DNA from: Pseudomonadota bacterium
Lineage (GTDB): Bacteria > Myxococcota_A > UBA9042
DNA length: 59,353 nucleotides
Direction: 5' to 3'
Assembly (NCBI GenBank): GCA_005777155.1
Contig: SXNM01000318.1
Span: 1 to 59,353, forward strand
Each line of letters opens with the position of its first letter. The first letter of the stretch is position 1. Position numbers and translations under genes: made by a program. Below the pieces are notes generated by a model, which was not told where the DNA came from, made no database searches, and worked only from the letters and a program-made list of their open reading frames with translations. Below, piece by piece: positions 18,640 through 26,269 of the stretch.

Positions 18640-19527
18640 ATGATCGGTACGCTATTGTTCGACAAGACCGGATTGTATGGCGCCGGCCGACGCATCCTTT
18701 ACAGATCATGCATCGCAGTGGCATCGAGTCGCGATGATGCGGCCAACCGCTGCAGCGCGAGCGATGCCAGGAGTCAGACCACCGAGTTGCTGTTCACCTC
18801 AGCCAACGCCTTCGGCTTCAAGCGCGTGGTTCGCGACGTGGAGTGTGGCGAGCTTCGGCTCATGCACGGCGCGGTCGAGCAAGGCCGCCAGCGCTACGGA
18901 ACGGCGTTGGACCAAACGCCGCTGGGCTACTTCCACGTCGATGGCCCCTTCGGCGAGGCGATGCGTGCCCTGGCACCGCGCGGCGACATCGCCGTCGTCG
19001 GTCTCGGCGTCGGCGCCGCGGCCGCCTACGCGGCAGATGGCCAGCGCACGGTCTTTCTCGAAATCGACCCAGACGTCGTGCATATCGCCCGCAGCTACTT
19101 CACCTTTCTCAGCGGCAGCCGTGGTGCCATCGAGGTCCGCGTCGGCGACGGCCTCGCCCTGCTGCGCGCGATGGAACAAGAGCGCTTTGCGGCCATCGTC
19201 GTCGATGCCTACGACGAGCAAGACGTGCCCACGCACTTTCTCCAGCGCGACGCGCTTGCGCTCTTGCTCGGTCGCCTCAGCGAAGGCGGCGCGCTCATCC
19301 TCGCGGCGACGGACGGATGCGATGCCGTGGCGCCGACCGTGGCCACGCTCGCAGCCGAGATGGGCCTCGCCTTCGCGACGCGACGGGACGTAATGACCGC
19401 AGACGTCGAACTTCGTGGTGAACGGCAGACGTCGCGCTACGTCGCGTTGGCGCTCGAGTCCGCGACGCTGGCGCCGCTCGTCGACGGCGCGGGCTGGCAG
19501 GTCGGCCTAGCGCCTCAGAACGGGTAG
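18640..19527 (+). CDS. Spermidine-synthase-like class I methyltransferase-fold protein
   Basis: GELRLMHGAVEQG..., DIAVVGLGVGAAAAY, FLEIDPDVVHIARSYF, FAAIVVDAYD: a SpeE-like pattern. The N-terminal 60 aa and the start are uncertain. Confidence 0.65.
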   Translation: MIGTLLFDKTGLYGAGRRILYRSCIAVASSRDDAANRCSASDARSQTTELLFTSANAFGFKRVVRDVECGELRLMHGAVEQGRQRYGTALDQTPLGYFHVDGPFGEAMRALAPRGDIAVVGLGVGAAAAYAADGQRTVFLEIDPDVVHIARSYFTFLSGSRGAIEVRVGDGLALLRAMEQERFAAIVVDAYDEQDVPTHFLQRDALALLLGRLSEGGALILAATDGCDAVAPTVATLAAEMGLAFATRRDVMTADVELRGERQTSRYVALALESATLAPLVDGAGWQVGLAPQNG

Positions 19528-19563
19528 GGCTGGCGACGGGCAGATTTGACTCACAGGGGCGCG

Positions 19564-20227
<664 letters not shown>

Positions 20228-20316
20228 CGACACCTCCTGTCGTGCGATCGGCCAATGCAGCGAGCGGCGCAGACGGCGTGCGTCCGTTCAGCCCGCGACC
20301 CCGGCGCAACGCACCG

Positions 20317-20822
20317 CTAAGCGACGACGTTGGTCCGCAGGTCATGCGACTTCGGAATCGCCGCGCCCACCGTGCCCTTGGACTGGTCGGTAACTTGGTC
20401 GGTGTAGCTGACCTTCTCGTAGCCGAGCGCGGCCGTCACGGCCGGCACGTCGCCGCCGTCGCCGGCGATGTCGAGGTGGCTGATGATGATCCCTTCGAAC
20501 TCGATCTTCAGGTACGGCACCTTGCCGAGCACGCCGTCGGCGCTGACCCGGTAGCAGGTGAGCGTGCCCTTATCGATGTGCTTGCCGCTCCAGAGCAGTC
20601 CGAGCATCGGCGTGAGCGACGCGTCGGCGCCCATGGTCAGCTGCAGGTTGCCGTGCTGGGCCTTCTCGATCGTTCCACCGCCGGCGGCGCTCCGCACGGG
20701 GTTGGTCGGCTGCTCCCAGCTGTGGCTGTACGAGATGAAGTCCTGCTCCCCTCGTGTCCCTTCCTGAGGGACGAGCCTTCGACTTTGGGGCCAACGAATT
20801 GAAAGAAGATTGCGGTTGCCAT
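20317..20822 (-). pseudogene. hcp: Hcp (type VI secretion tube protein family), interrupted by a 1-nt frameshift
   Basis: GGAGCATCC precedes ATG 20822. MATAIFFQFVGPKVEGSSLRKGHEG is in one frame. EQDFISYSHSWEQP...LWSGKHIDKGTLTCYRVSADG...YLKIEFEGIIISHLDIAGDGG...EKVSYTDQ...HDLRTNVVA* is in the next. Compare P. aeruginosa Hcp1: GESKDKTH..IDVLAWSWG, SSGKHYPQAKLTIRKAG, YLIITLKEVLVSSVS, WNIRQNVQA. The frames meet at the run GAGGGGAG (plus C4, 20748-20751). 506 nt, so one base is missing. Confidence 0.8.
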
Positions 20823-21039
20823 GGATGCTCCTTCGGGATTGCAGATTTCGGGAGGTTCTGGTCCAGGAACTTGGTCTTTGCCGCCGCGACTTGGCCAGGC
20901 GGACCCCGGCGTGCCTTGGTCGTGTCTCAGCCACGAGTGACCATGGCGAGGTGAAAGTGCGCACCTGAGCCGCTCCCAGCGGCTGTTGTAAGGTCTCTGA
21001 AAGGTCAGGCCGAGTCGCATCCACACCCATCCCCGCCAC

Positions 21040-21618
21040 AGCCGACTGCTGTGACGTCATGACTGTCGCCTTCATCGTGTCGAGGTATGGGTGCTTCAGG
21101 CGTAGGAGCGGCGTTCGGACGCTAGCGCCGTCGAGCAGATGGTGTTCGACCGGCGCTGGCGGATGGTTCTGGACTGTCACGACGTCGCCAAGGCCGCGTT
21201 CTCTCCGGGAGTTCTCGTCGAGTTTCGCCGACCGCTTGTCGAGCAGGGTCTGGGCAACCGCCTCATCGAGCGCACGGTCGAGCTCGCGCAGAAGCTGGGT
21301 GGTTTCGGCTACAGGTCGCTGCGAATCGCGCTGGATTCGGCGCCGCTCTCGGGCGCGGGCCGGGTCGCAGACACATTCAACCTGATCGCTCACGCTACCG
21401 AGGTCGTCGTGCAATGCGCAGCCGTCGAGGCCGACAAGAGCCCGGCGTTCGTCATTACGGATGCAGGCATTGCCCTGGTCGGCCAGTCCAGCGTCAAGGC
21501 GGCTCTTGACATCGACTGGGACAACGCAGCTGCCAAGCAGTTGACACTTCAGCGCCTTCTTGCTGCTCACCGCCGCCTTGCCGATGTCGAGCGGCTGCGG
21601 CCCTGGGGTCGACCGTAA
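21040..21618 (+). pseudogene. IS5/IS1182-type transposase remnant (N-terminal part, in-frame stop, truncated)
   Basis: VLQA*ERRSDASAVEQMVFDRRWRMVLDCHDVAKAAFSPGVLVEFRRPLVEQGLGNRLIERTVELAQKLGGFGYRSLRIALDSAPLSGAGRVADTFNL resembles the DUF772 domain plus the start of the DDE domain (..iDST..ea). The reading frame ends at 21618 with no catalytic core. Same strand as the remnant at 13.8-14.4 kb. Confidence 0.65.
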
Positions 21619-21702
21619 CCAGGGCCGCGTCGGCGGAACCGGGCGGTCGCGCCGGCGGCGGCAGCCCTTGGCCGTCGCGCCGGTGCGCGCTACAACGCTG
21701 GC

Positions 21703-22392
21703 ATGCGCCAGCCCACCCTCGCTCGTCTGCCTTGGCCCCGGCCAGCCCGCGATCTTTTACAACGTGGCGCCCGGCTTTTCCTGGCGCGGCCGCGGCGCAG
21801 CGTCGTCGCTGGGCTGGAGCTGTGGGCGCCGCCGTCGGTCTTTCACCCCGGCCTCTTCTTCTCGACCCGCGTGTTCTGCGACTGGATCTCCCGGCAAGAT
21901 CTGCGCGGTCACGCCGTGCTCGACCTCGGCACCGGATCGGGTGCTCTCGCTATCGCTGCCGCTCGCAGCGGCGCCACCGTCACGGCTTGCGACCTCAACC
22001 CACGCGCCCTGGTCGCCGCAGGCGACAACGCCGCCCGCGCCGGGGTGGCGCTGCGCCTGCGGGCCGGCGATGGCTTCGCAGCCCTCACGCCGGACGAGCG
22101 CTTCGACCTCGTGCTCTGCAATCCGCCGTGGTTCGAAGGCGAACCGCGCGATCAGGCCGAGCAGGCGTTCCGCGGCGGCACGGGGATGCGCTTCGTCGAG
22201 CAGCTCTTCGCCGGCCTGCCCACGCGCCTGCGTGAGCGCGGTCGCTTGGTGAGCGTCCTCGGTGCCAGCGCTGACCGAGCGCGAATAGACACCATCGCCG
22301 CCCGGAACGGTTTCGCACCAGAGCGGCTGTGTCGCCAGCGGGTCTGCTTCGAGCTGCAAGATATCGACGCCTGGCGGGCCACTGGCACCTGA
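21703..22392 (+). CDS. Class I SAM-dependent methyltransferase, HemK/PrmC-like (NPPW motif)
   Basis: VLDLGTGSGALAIAAA (motif I) and DLVLCNPPWF (motif IV, NPPY/W type). 229 aa. Confidence 0.78.
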   Translation: MRQPTLARLPWPRPARDLLQRGARLFLARPRRSVVAGLELWAPPSVFHPGLFFSTRVFCDWISRQDLRGHAVLDLGTGSGALAIAAARSGATVTACDLNPRALVAAGDNAARAGVALRLRAGDGFAALTPDERFDLVLCNPPWFEGEPRDQAEQAFRGGTGMRFVEQLFAGLPTRLRERGRLVSVLGASADRARIDTIAARNGFAPERLCRQRVCFELQDIDAWRATGT

Positions 22393-22471
22393 TGCATTTG
22401 GCGGCATGTTGAAATTGGCTACACGTCTTCGCCAGGTCTTGATCGCGCCGCATCGCTCATGTTCATAAGCA

Positions 22472-22489
22472 ATCGCAAACAGTTGCGAT
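22472..22489. promoter_or_regulatory. Inverted repeat ATCGCAA-acag-TTGCGAT upstream of the sigma54-like promoter
   Basis: A perfect 7-bp inverted repeat with a 4-nt spacer in an AT-richer intergenic stretch, 15 nt upstream of the TGGCAC element. Possible regulator binding site. Confidence 0.3.
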
Positions 22490-22503
22490 GAGAAACTCCG
22501 GCT

Positions 22504-22519
22504 TGGCACGGGAGCTGCT
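22504..22519 (+). promoter_or_regulatory. Sigma54 (-24/-12)-like promoter
   Basis: TGGCAC-GGGAG-CTGCT compared with the consensus TGGCAC-N5-TTGC(A/T). GG-N10-GC spacing is exact. It ends 57 nt upstream of ATG 22576. Confidence 0.45.
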
Positions 22520-22575
22520 TTCCTCCTTAGTCGAGAATGGACGCCACGAGTGGCGTGTCGAAGGGGGGAGAGGCC

Positions 22576-24711
22576 ATGTCAGCACAAGCACGCCGAACAC
22601 TCGCAGGTGCCTGCGCCGTCCTGGCCTACGCGCTCGCCTTGGCGGCGCCCGAGCTGGCCTACGCCTGCGGTGGCTGCTTCTCGCCGGTGTTGCCGCCGGC
22701 GCCTGGGAAGCCTGGCAATGGCCAGGCCGTGCTGCAGGATGCCGAGCGTGTGGTCTTTCGCCACGACCCAAAGACGGGCCGCACGCTGGTCTGGGTCGAG
22801 GTGCGCTACACCGGCGCCGCCGAGGACTTTGGCTGGGTGCTGCCGTTGCCGAAGCAGCCCACCGTCACTGTCGGCACGACCATCGGCCTCGACCTGCTCG
22901 ACCAGACCACCTCGGCGCGCTACGAGCTACAACCGCGCGGCACCGAAAACTGCCGCAATCCCTACCAGGGCTGCGAGCCAGAGAAGTTCTCGAACACACA
23001 AGACGGCGCCGCGGACCGCGGCGCCACCGCCGCACAGGACGCATCGGCTGGCGCTGAGGGCAGCCAGCCCGGTGTCACGATCCTCGACCAAGGGCAGACC
23101 GGACCCTACGACTACGCTGTCATCGCCGGCAAGGACGCCACGCAGCTGCAGAGCTGGCTCGACACCCGCGGCTACAAGACGCCGGTGTCGGCGACGCCGA
23201 TCATCCAGAGCCACGCCGACAAGGGGGACGTCTTTGTCGCCATCAAGTTGCAGAGCGGCAAGGGCGTCAACCTGATCCGGCCCGTGGTGCTTGAGATGCA
23301 GGACGCCGACGCGTGTGTGCCGCTGCGGTTGACCAGCATCGCCGCCAGCGAGGAGCTTAGCGTCGTGGTCACGCTGGCCGGCCCGGGTCGCGCCGTTCCG
23401 ATGAACCACCTCGCGGTCGAGGTCAACCCGACGCGCATCAATTGGTTTGAAAATGCAAATAACTACCAGCAGTTGGTCGCAGCAGCGATCGACGAGGCCG
23501 CGGGCCGCGCCTTCGTCACGGAGTCGGCGCAGCCTGGCAGCGGCCTGCAGGGGCTGTGGACCGCCGCGACGCTCGACACCAAAGCGCTGGCCGCCGCCAC
23601 CGACCTCAAGGCGTTCGCCATCGCCCTGTTCCAGAGCGGACAGGTCTGGTTGCACGCCGACGCGGCGCAGGTGTTCGCCGACAAGGCCAGCATCGTAGAG
23701 CCGATCTTCAAGACCTTTGGGGTCAAGGAGCCGGTGGCCGTACTCGGCCAGCTGTGGGTCTGCGGCGCCGTGTGGGCGCAGCCATGGCGCTCGCCGACTG
23801 GGGATGGCGCATGCCGCACCCAGGGCGGCAACCCCTTCAGCGGCCCAGCTCTGTACGCCGACGAGGCGGCGCTGCTGCCGGTGAACGGCGCCGCGACGGC
23901 CAAGGCGCTGCAGGATGACATCGCGAAGCCGTTGTTGGCGCTGTTCGACGGCATGAAGCAGGCGCCGATGGTCAGCCGCCTCGTCATGCGCATTGGGCCG
24001 ACCGAGATGGACCGCGACCCGATCTTTGGCTTCCACCCGTCTCTGCCGGCCGTCGATCGCGTGCGACGCGCTGACACGTGGCAGGTCTGCAGCTCGGGTT
24101 GGCTGCCGGCGGACCTGCGCCGCATCGAGGTCCAGGGCTTCGGCTCCTGGGTGATCGATCAGAACGCGCCGGCGGTGGCCAACGACCCCCGCTTTGTCGG
24201 CGCGCCCGCGGCTTCGCGCATCGAGGCCTACGACGAGTCGGGCCCCGCGATGCCCATCGCCAAGGCGCAGGTGGGCCTCGTCGACACCGCCATCGCCGGC
24301 GCAGTCCCTGGGCAACCCTCGCCAGCGCGCAAGCTGGCGTTGGCGCCGGCATCGCAGTGGCTGGCGCCGGCCTCCGATCCGCCCGTGACCAAGCTCGTGG
24401 CTTGGAAGAAGCCAAGCTCATTCTGCGTGCCGAAGGCGGGCTGGGTCGATGGCAAGCTGCCACCGAGCGGCCAGGCCAAGCCCGATGTGCAGAACCCCGC
24501 GGGAGATCCGCCGGGCACGGGCTTTGACGTCATCGGCGCCGACGGCGTCGGCGATGGCGGCAGCGGCAGCGGCAACATCGGCAGCGGTAGCGGCGGTGCC
24601 GGCGGCTGCGTCGCAGGACCGGCGCCCGCCCCACTGTCGGCGTGGTGGCTAGCCTGCGGGTTGCTGACCCTCGTCGCCCTGCGGCGGCGCCAGGAGGAAC
24701 GACCGCGCTGA
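22576..24711 (+). CDS. DUF2330-family secreted protein with C-terminal MYXO-CTERM sorting signal
   Basis: Signal peptide then YACGGCFSP. TGPYDYAVIAGKDATQLQSWLDTRGY...GDVFVAIKL matches the DUF2330 core. The C-terminus GSGSGGAGGCVAGPAPAPLSAWWLACGLLTLVALRRRQEE is a Gly-Cys + hydrophobic + Arg-rich MYXO-CTERM pattern. Start ATG 22576 is preceded by GGGGGGAGAGG. Confidence 0.82.
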   Translation: MSAQARRTLAGACAVLAYALALAAPELAYACGGCFSPVLPPAPGKPGNGQAVLQDAERVVFRHDPKTGRTLVWVEVRYTGAAEDFGWVLPLPKQPTVTVGTTIGLDLLDQTTSARYELQPRGTENCRNPYQGCEPEKFSNTQDGAADRGATAAQDASAGAEGSQPGVTILDQGQTGPYDYAVIAGKDATQLQSWLDTRGYKTPVSATPIIQSHADKGDVFVAIKLQSGKGVNLIRPVVLEMQDADACVPLRLTSIAASEELSVVVTLAGPGRAVPMNHLAVEVNPTRINWFENANNYQQLVAAAIDEAAGRAFVTESAQPGSGLQGLWTAATLDTKALAAATDLKAFAIALFQSGQVWLHADAAQVFADKASIVEPIFKTFGVKEPVAVLGQLWVCGAVWAQPWRSPTGDGACRTQGGNPFSGPALYADEAALLPVNGAATAKALQDDIAKPLLALFDGMKQAPMVSRLVMRIGPTEMDRDPIFGFHPSLPAVDRVRRADTWQVCSSGWLPADLRRIEVQGFGSWVIDQNAPAVANDPRFVGAPAASRIEAYDESGPAMPIAKAQVGLVDTAIAGAVPGQPSPARKLALAPASQWLAPASDPPVTKLVAWKKPSSFCVPKAGWVDGKLPPSGQAKPDVQNPAGDPPGTGFDVIGADGVGDGGSGSGNIGSGSGGAGGCVAGPAPAPLSAWWLACGLLTLVALRRRQEERPR

Positions 24712-24734
24712 GCGCGCTGCGACAAAACGCGCAC

Positions 24735-24794
24735 GGCTGCGACGGTGGGGCGGCGTTCACCTGCCCCTCTCACCCACCGTCCCCCGCCGCAGCC
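24735..24794. repeat. Palindromic element copy 1 (hairpin with conserved loop TTCACCTGCCCCTCTCACC)
   Basis: GACGGTGGG (24741-24749) pairs with CCCACCGTC (24773-24781). The outer stem is GGCTGCG / CGCAGCC. The loop contains the 19-mer shared with copy 2. Confidence 0.6.
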
Positions 24795-24843
24795 GTGCAC
24801 GCCACCGGGATAGCCAAGGCCGTGCGCTGAGGAACCCGACCCA

Positions 24844-24907
24844 CGCAGAGACGGAGGCGGGGGCAATTCACCAGCCCCTCTCACCTGGCCCCCGCCTCCG
24901 TCCTGCG
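24844..24907. repeat. Palindromic element copy 2 (hairpin with conserved loop TTCACCAGCCCCTCTCACC)
   Basis: The perfect 15-bp stem GACGGAGGCGGGGGC (24850-24864) pairs with GCCCCCGCCTCCGTC (24888-24902). The outer stem is CGCAG / CTGCG. Confidence 0.65.
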
Positions 24908-24977
24908 GTTTCGCCCTGTCCGACCCCTCGCTCGCACCCCAAACCACCCACCTACTCGCCGTATGTATCCGCTCCCC

Positions 24978-25005
24978 TTGCATTTCCGACTCGCGTGACT
25001 ACACT
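24978..25005 (+). promoter_or_regulatory. Possible sigma70-like promoter for the Cys-rich lipoprotein gene
   Basis: TTGCAT (24978-24983), 16 nt, TACACT (25000-25005). Motif match only. Confidence 0.35.
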
Positions 25006-25057
25006 GTCGGGCCCGATGGGGTTGACCTCGGGAGGCTCGGACATTCTGAAGATCACG

Positions 25058-26269
25058 ATGGTATTCGGGTTGGCGATGATCGCGATCGGCTGTGGCAGCA
25101 GCTCGGGTGCTAGCGGGACCGCCGCTGGAGGCGCCGCAGCCGGTTCTGGCGCCCCTGTGCCCGTCGAGAGCCTGGAGGCGGCTGTGGTCTCGGTCTTCTG
25201 CAAGGCGGCCAGTACTTGTCCCGGCTCTGATTTGTCCTTTTCTTCCGAAGCCGTCTGTGAGGCCTTCTTCGCCAGCGCCGCTGAATCCGAGTTCGGCGCC
25301 ATTGTCGAGAAGATCAAGGCAGGCAAGATCAAGTACGACGCCGCCCAGGCCGGCCTCTGCCTCAAGGAGAAGGTCGCAAGCTGCTCGATGTCGAGCGGCA
25401 AGGAGCCCGCGTCCTGCACCGCCGCGATGATCGGCCTAGTGAAAATTGGCGCAGCTTGCGAAGTCCGCAAGGAGTGTGAGCCAGGCTCCTTCTGCAAGCA
25501 GAAAGCCTCGGACTGCCCTGGCGTCTGCACCAAGGCGCCGGCGATCGGCGAGGTGTGCCCGGACTATAACTGCGCCGACGGCGCAACGTGTGACTCCGCG
25601 AGTCCTGCGGCCAAGTGCGTCGCAGACAAGCCCGCCGCCGAAGGTGAGGGTTGCTCTTCGATCGAGTGTGCGCCTGGACTGACCTGCGACTACAACCTGC
25701 AGGCCCCGTTGTGCAAGAAGAAGGGCGCCGCTGGCGAGTCCTGCGATGGCTCCGACGCCTGCGTCGACGGGCAATTCTGCAGCAGCGGCAAGGAGGCCAA
25801 GTGCACGGCCAAGGCAAAGCTCGGCGAGGCCTGTGCACAGCCTGGCGATTTCAAGTCCTGCGTCGACGGCCACGTCTGTGGCGTCATCGGCAAGATATCC
25901 GACGGCAAGATGCAGTGCGTCGCGATCAAGAAGAAGGGCGCGGCCTGCACGTCGCACCAAGAGTGCGCCGCCATCGACCTGCACTGCGGCGGCCTGGACT
26001 CCACCGTCGCCAACTCCGCCGGCACCTGTTCGAGCCTGCCCAAGCTCGGTGAAGCCTGCACGCCGAGTGGCGACACCTACCCGCAGTTCCCTGCATGCTT
26101 CCCCGGCAGCAGCTGCGACCCCGCGAGCAAGAAGTGCCTCGGCCCCGCAGCCAAGGGCGAAGCCTGCGACAGCGAGTCCGACCGCTACTGTGGCAAGGGG
26201 CTGACCTGCCACATGGACGACCAAGGCAAGGGCACCTGCAAAGAGAACCTAAAGGTTCAGTGCGACTAG
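25058..26269 (+). CDS. Cysteine-rich-repeat lipoprotein (myxobacterial Cys-rich repeat type)
   Basis: Lipobox MIAIGC. About eight repeats of the pattern G(E/A)xC..x..C..G..C..x..C (e.g. GEVCPDYNCADGATCD, GEGCSSIECAPGLTCD, GESCDGSDACVDGQFCS, GEACDSESDRYCGKGLTCH). The start may lie a few codons upstream (GGAGG at about 25031). Confidence 0.78.
   Translation: MVFGLAMIAIGCGSSSGASGTAAGGAAAGSGAPVPVESLEAAVVSVFCKAASTCPGSDLSFSSEAVCEAFFASAAESEFGAIVEKIKAGKIKYDAAQAGLCLKEKVASCSMSSGKEPASCTAAMIGLVKIGAACEVRKECEPGSFCKQKASDCPGVCTKAPAIGEVCPDYNCADGATCDSASPAAKCVADKPAAEGEGCSSIECAPGLTCDYNLQAPLCKKKGAAGESCDGSDACVDGQFCSSGKEAKCTAKAKLGEACAQPGDFKSCVDGHVCGVIGKISDGKMQCVAIKKKGAACTSHQECAAIDLHCGGLDSTVANSAGTCSSLPKLGEACTPSGDTYPQFPACFPGSSCDPASKKCLGPAAKGEACDSESDRYCGKGLTCHMDDQGKGTCKENLKVQCD

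Noticed and set aside
21052-21063. Overlapping palindromes TGACGTCA / GTCATGAC at the left edge of the second IS remnant, considered as an IS terminal repeat or operator
   Set aside because: They are short, and no matching copy occurs at the other remnant or at the opposite end. Chance occurrence cannot be excluded.
20317-21570. 417-aa ORF spanning hcp and the IS remnant
   Set aside because: It is a chimeric read-through. Only its last roughly 145 codons are real (the hcp 3' part). The rest is upstream spacer and the antisense strand of the transposase remnant.
22381-22400. Additional TGGCAC hexamers (22383, about 12653, 17812, 18970, 32636, 57918) as sigma54 promoters
   Set aside because: None has GC at the -12 position with correct GG-N10-GC spacing, and most lie inside coding regions.
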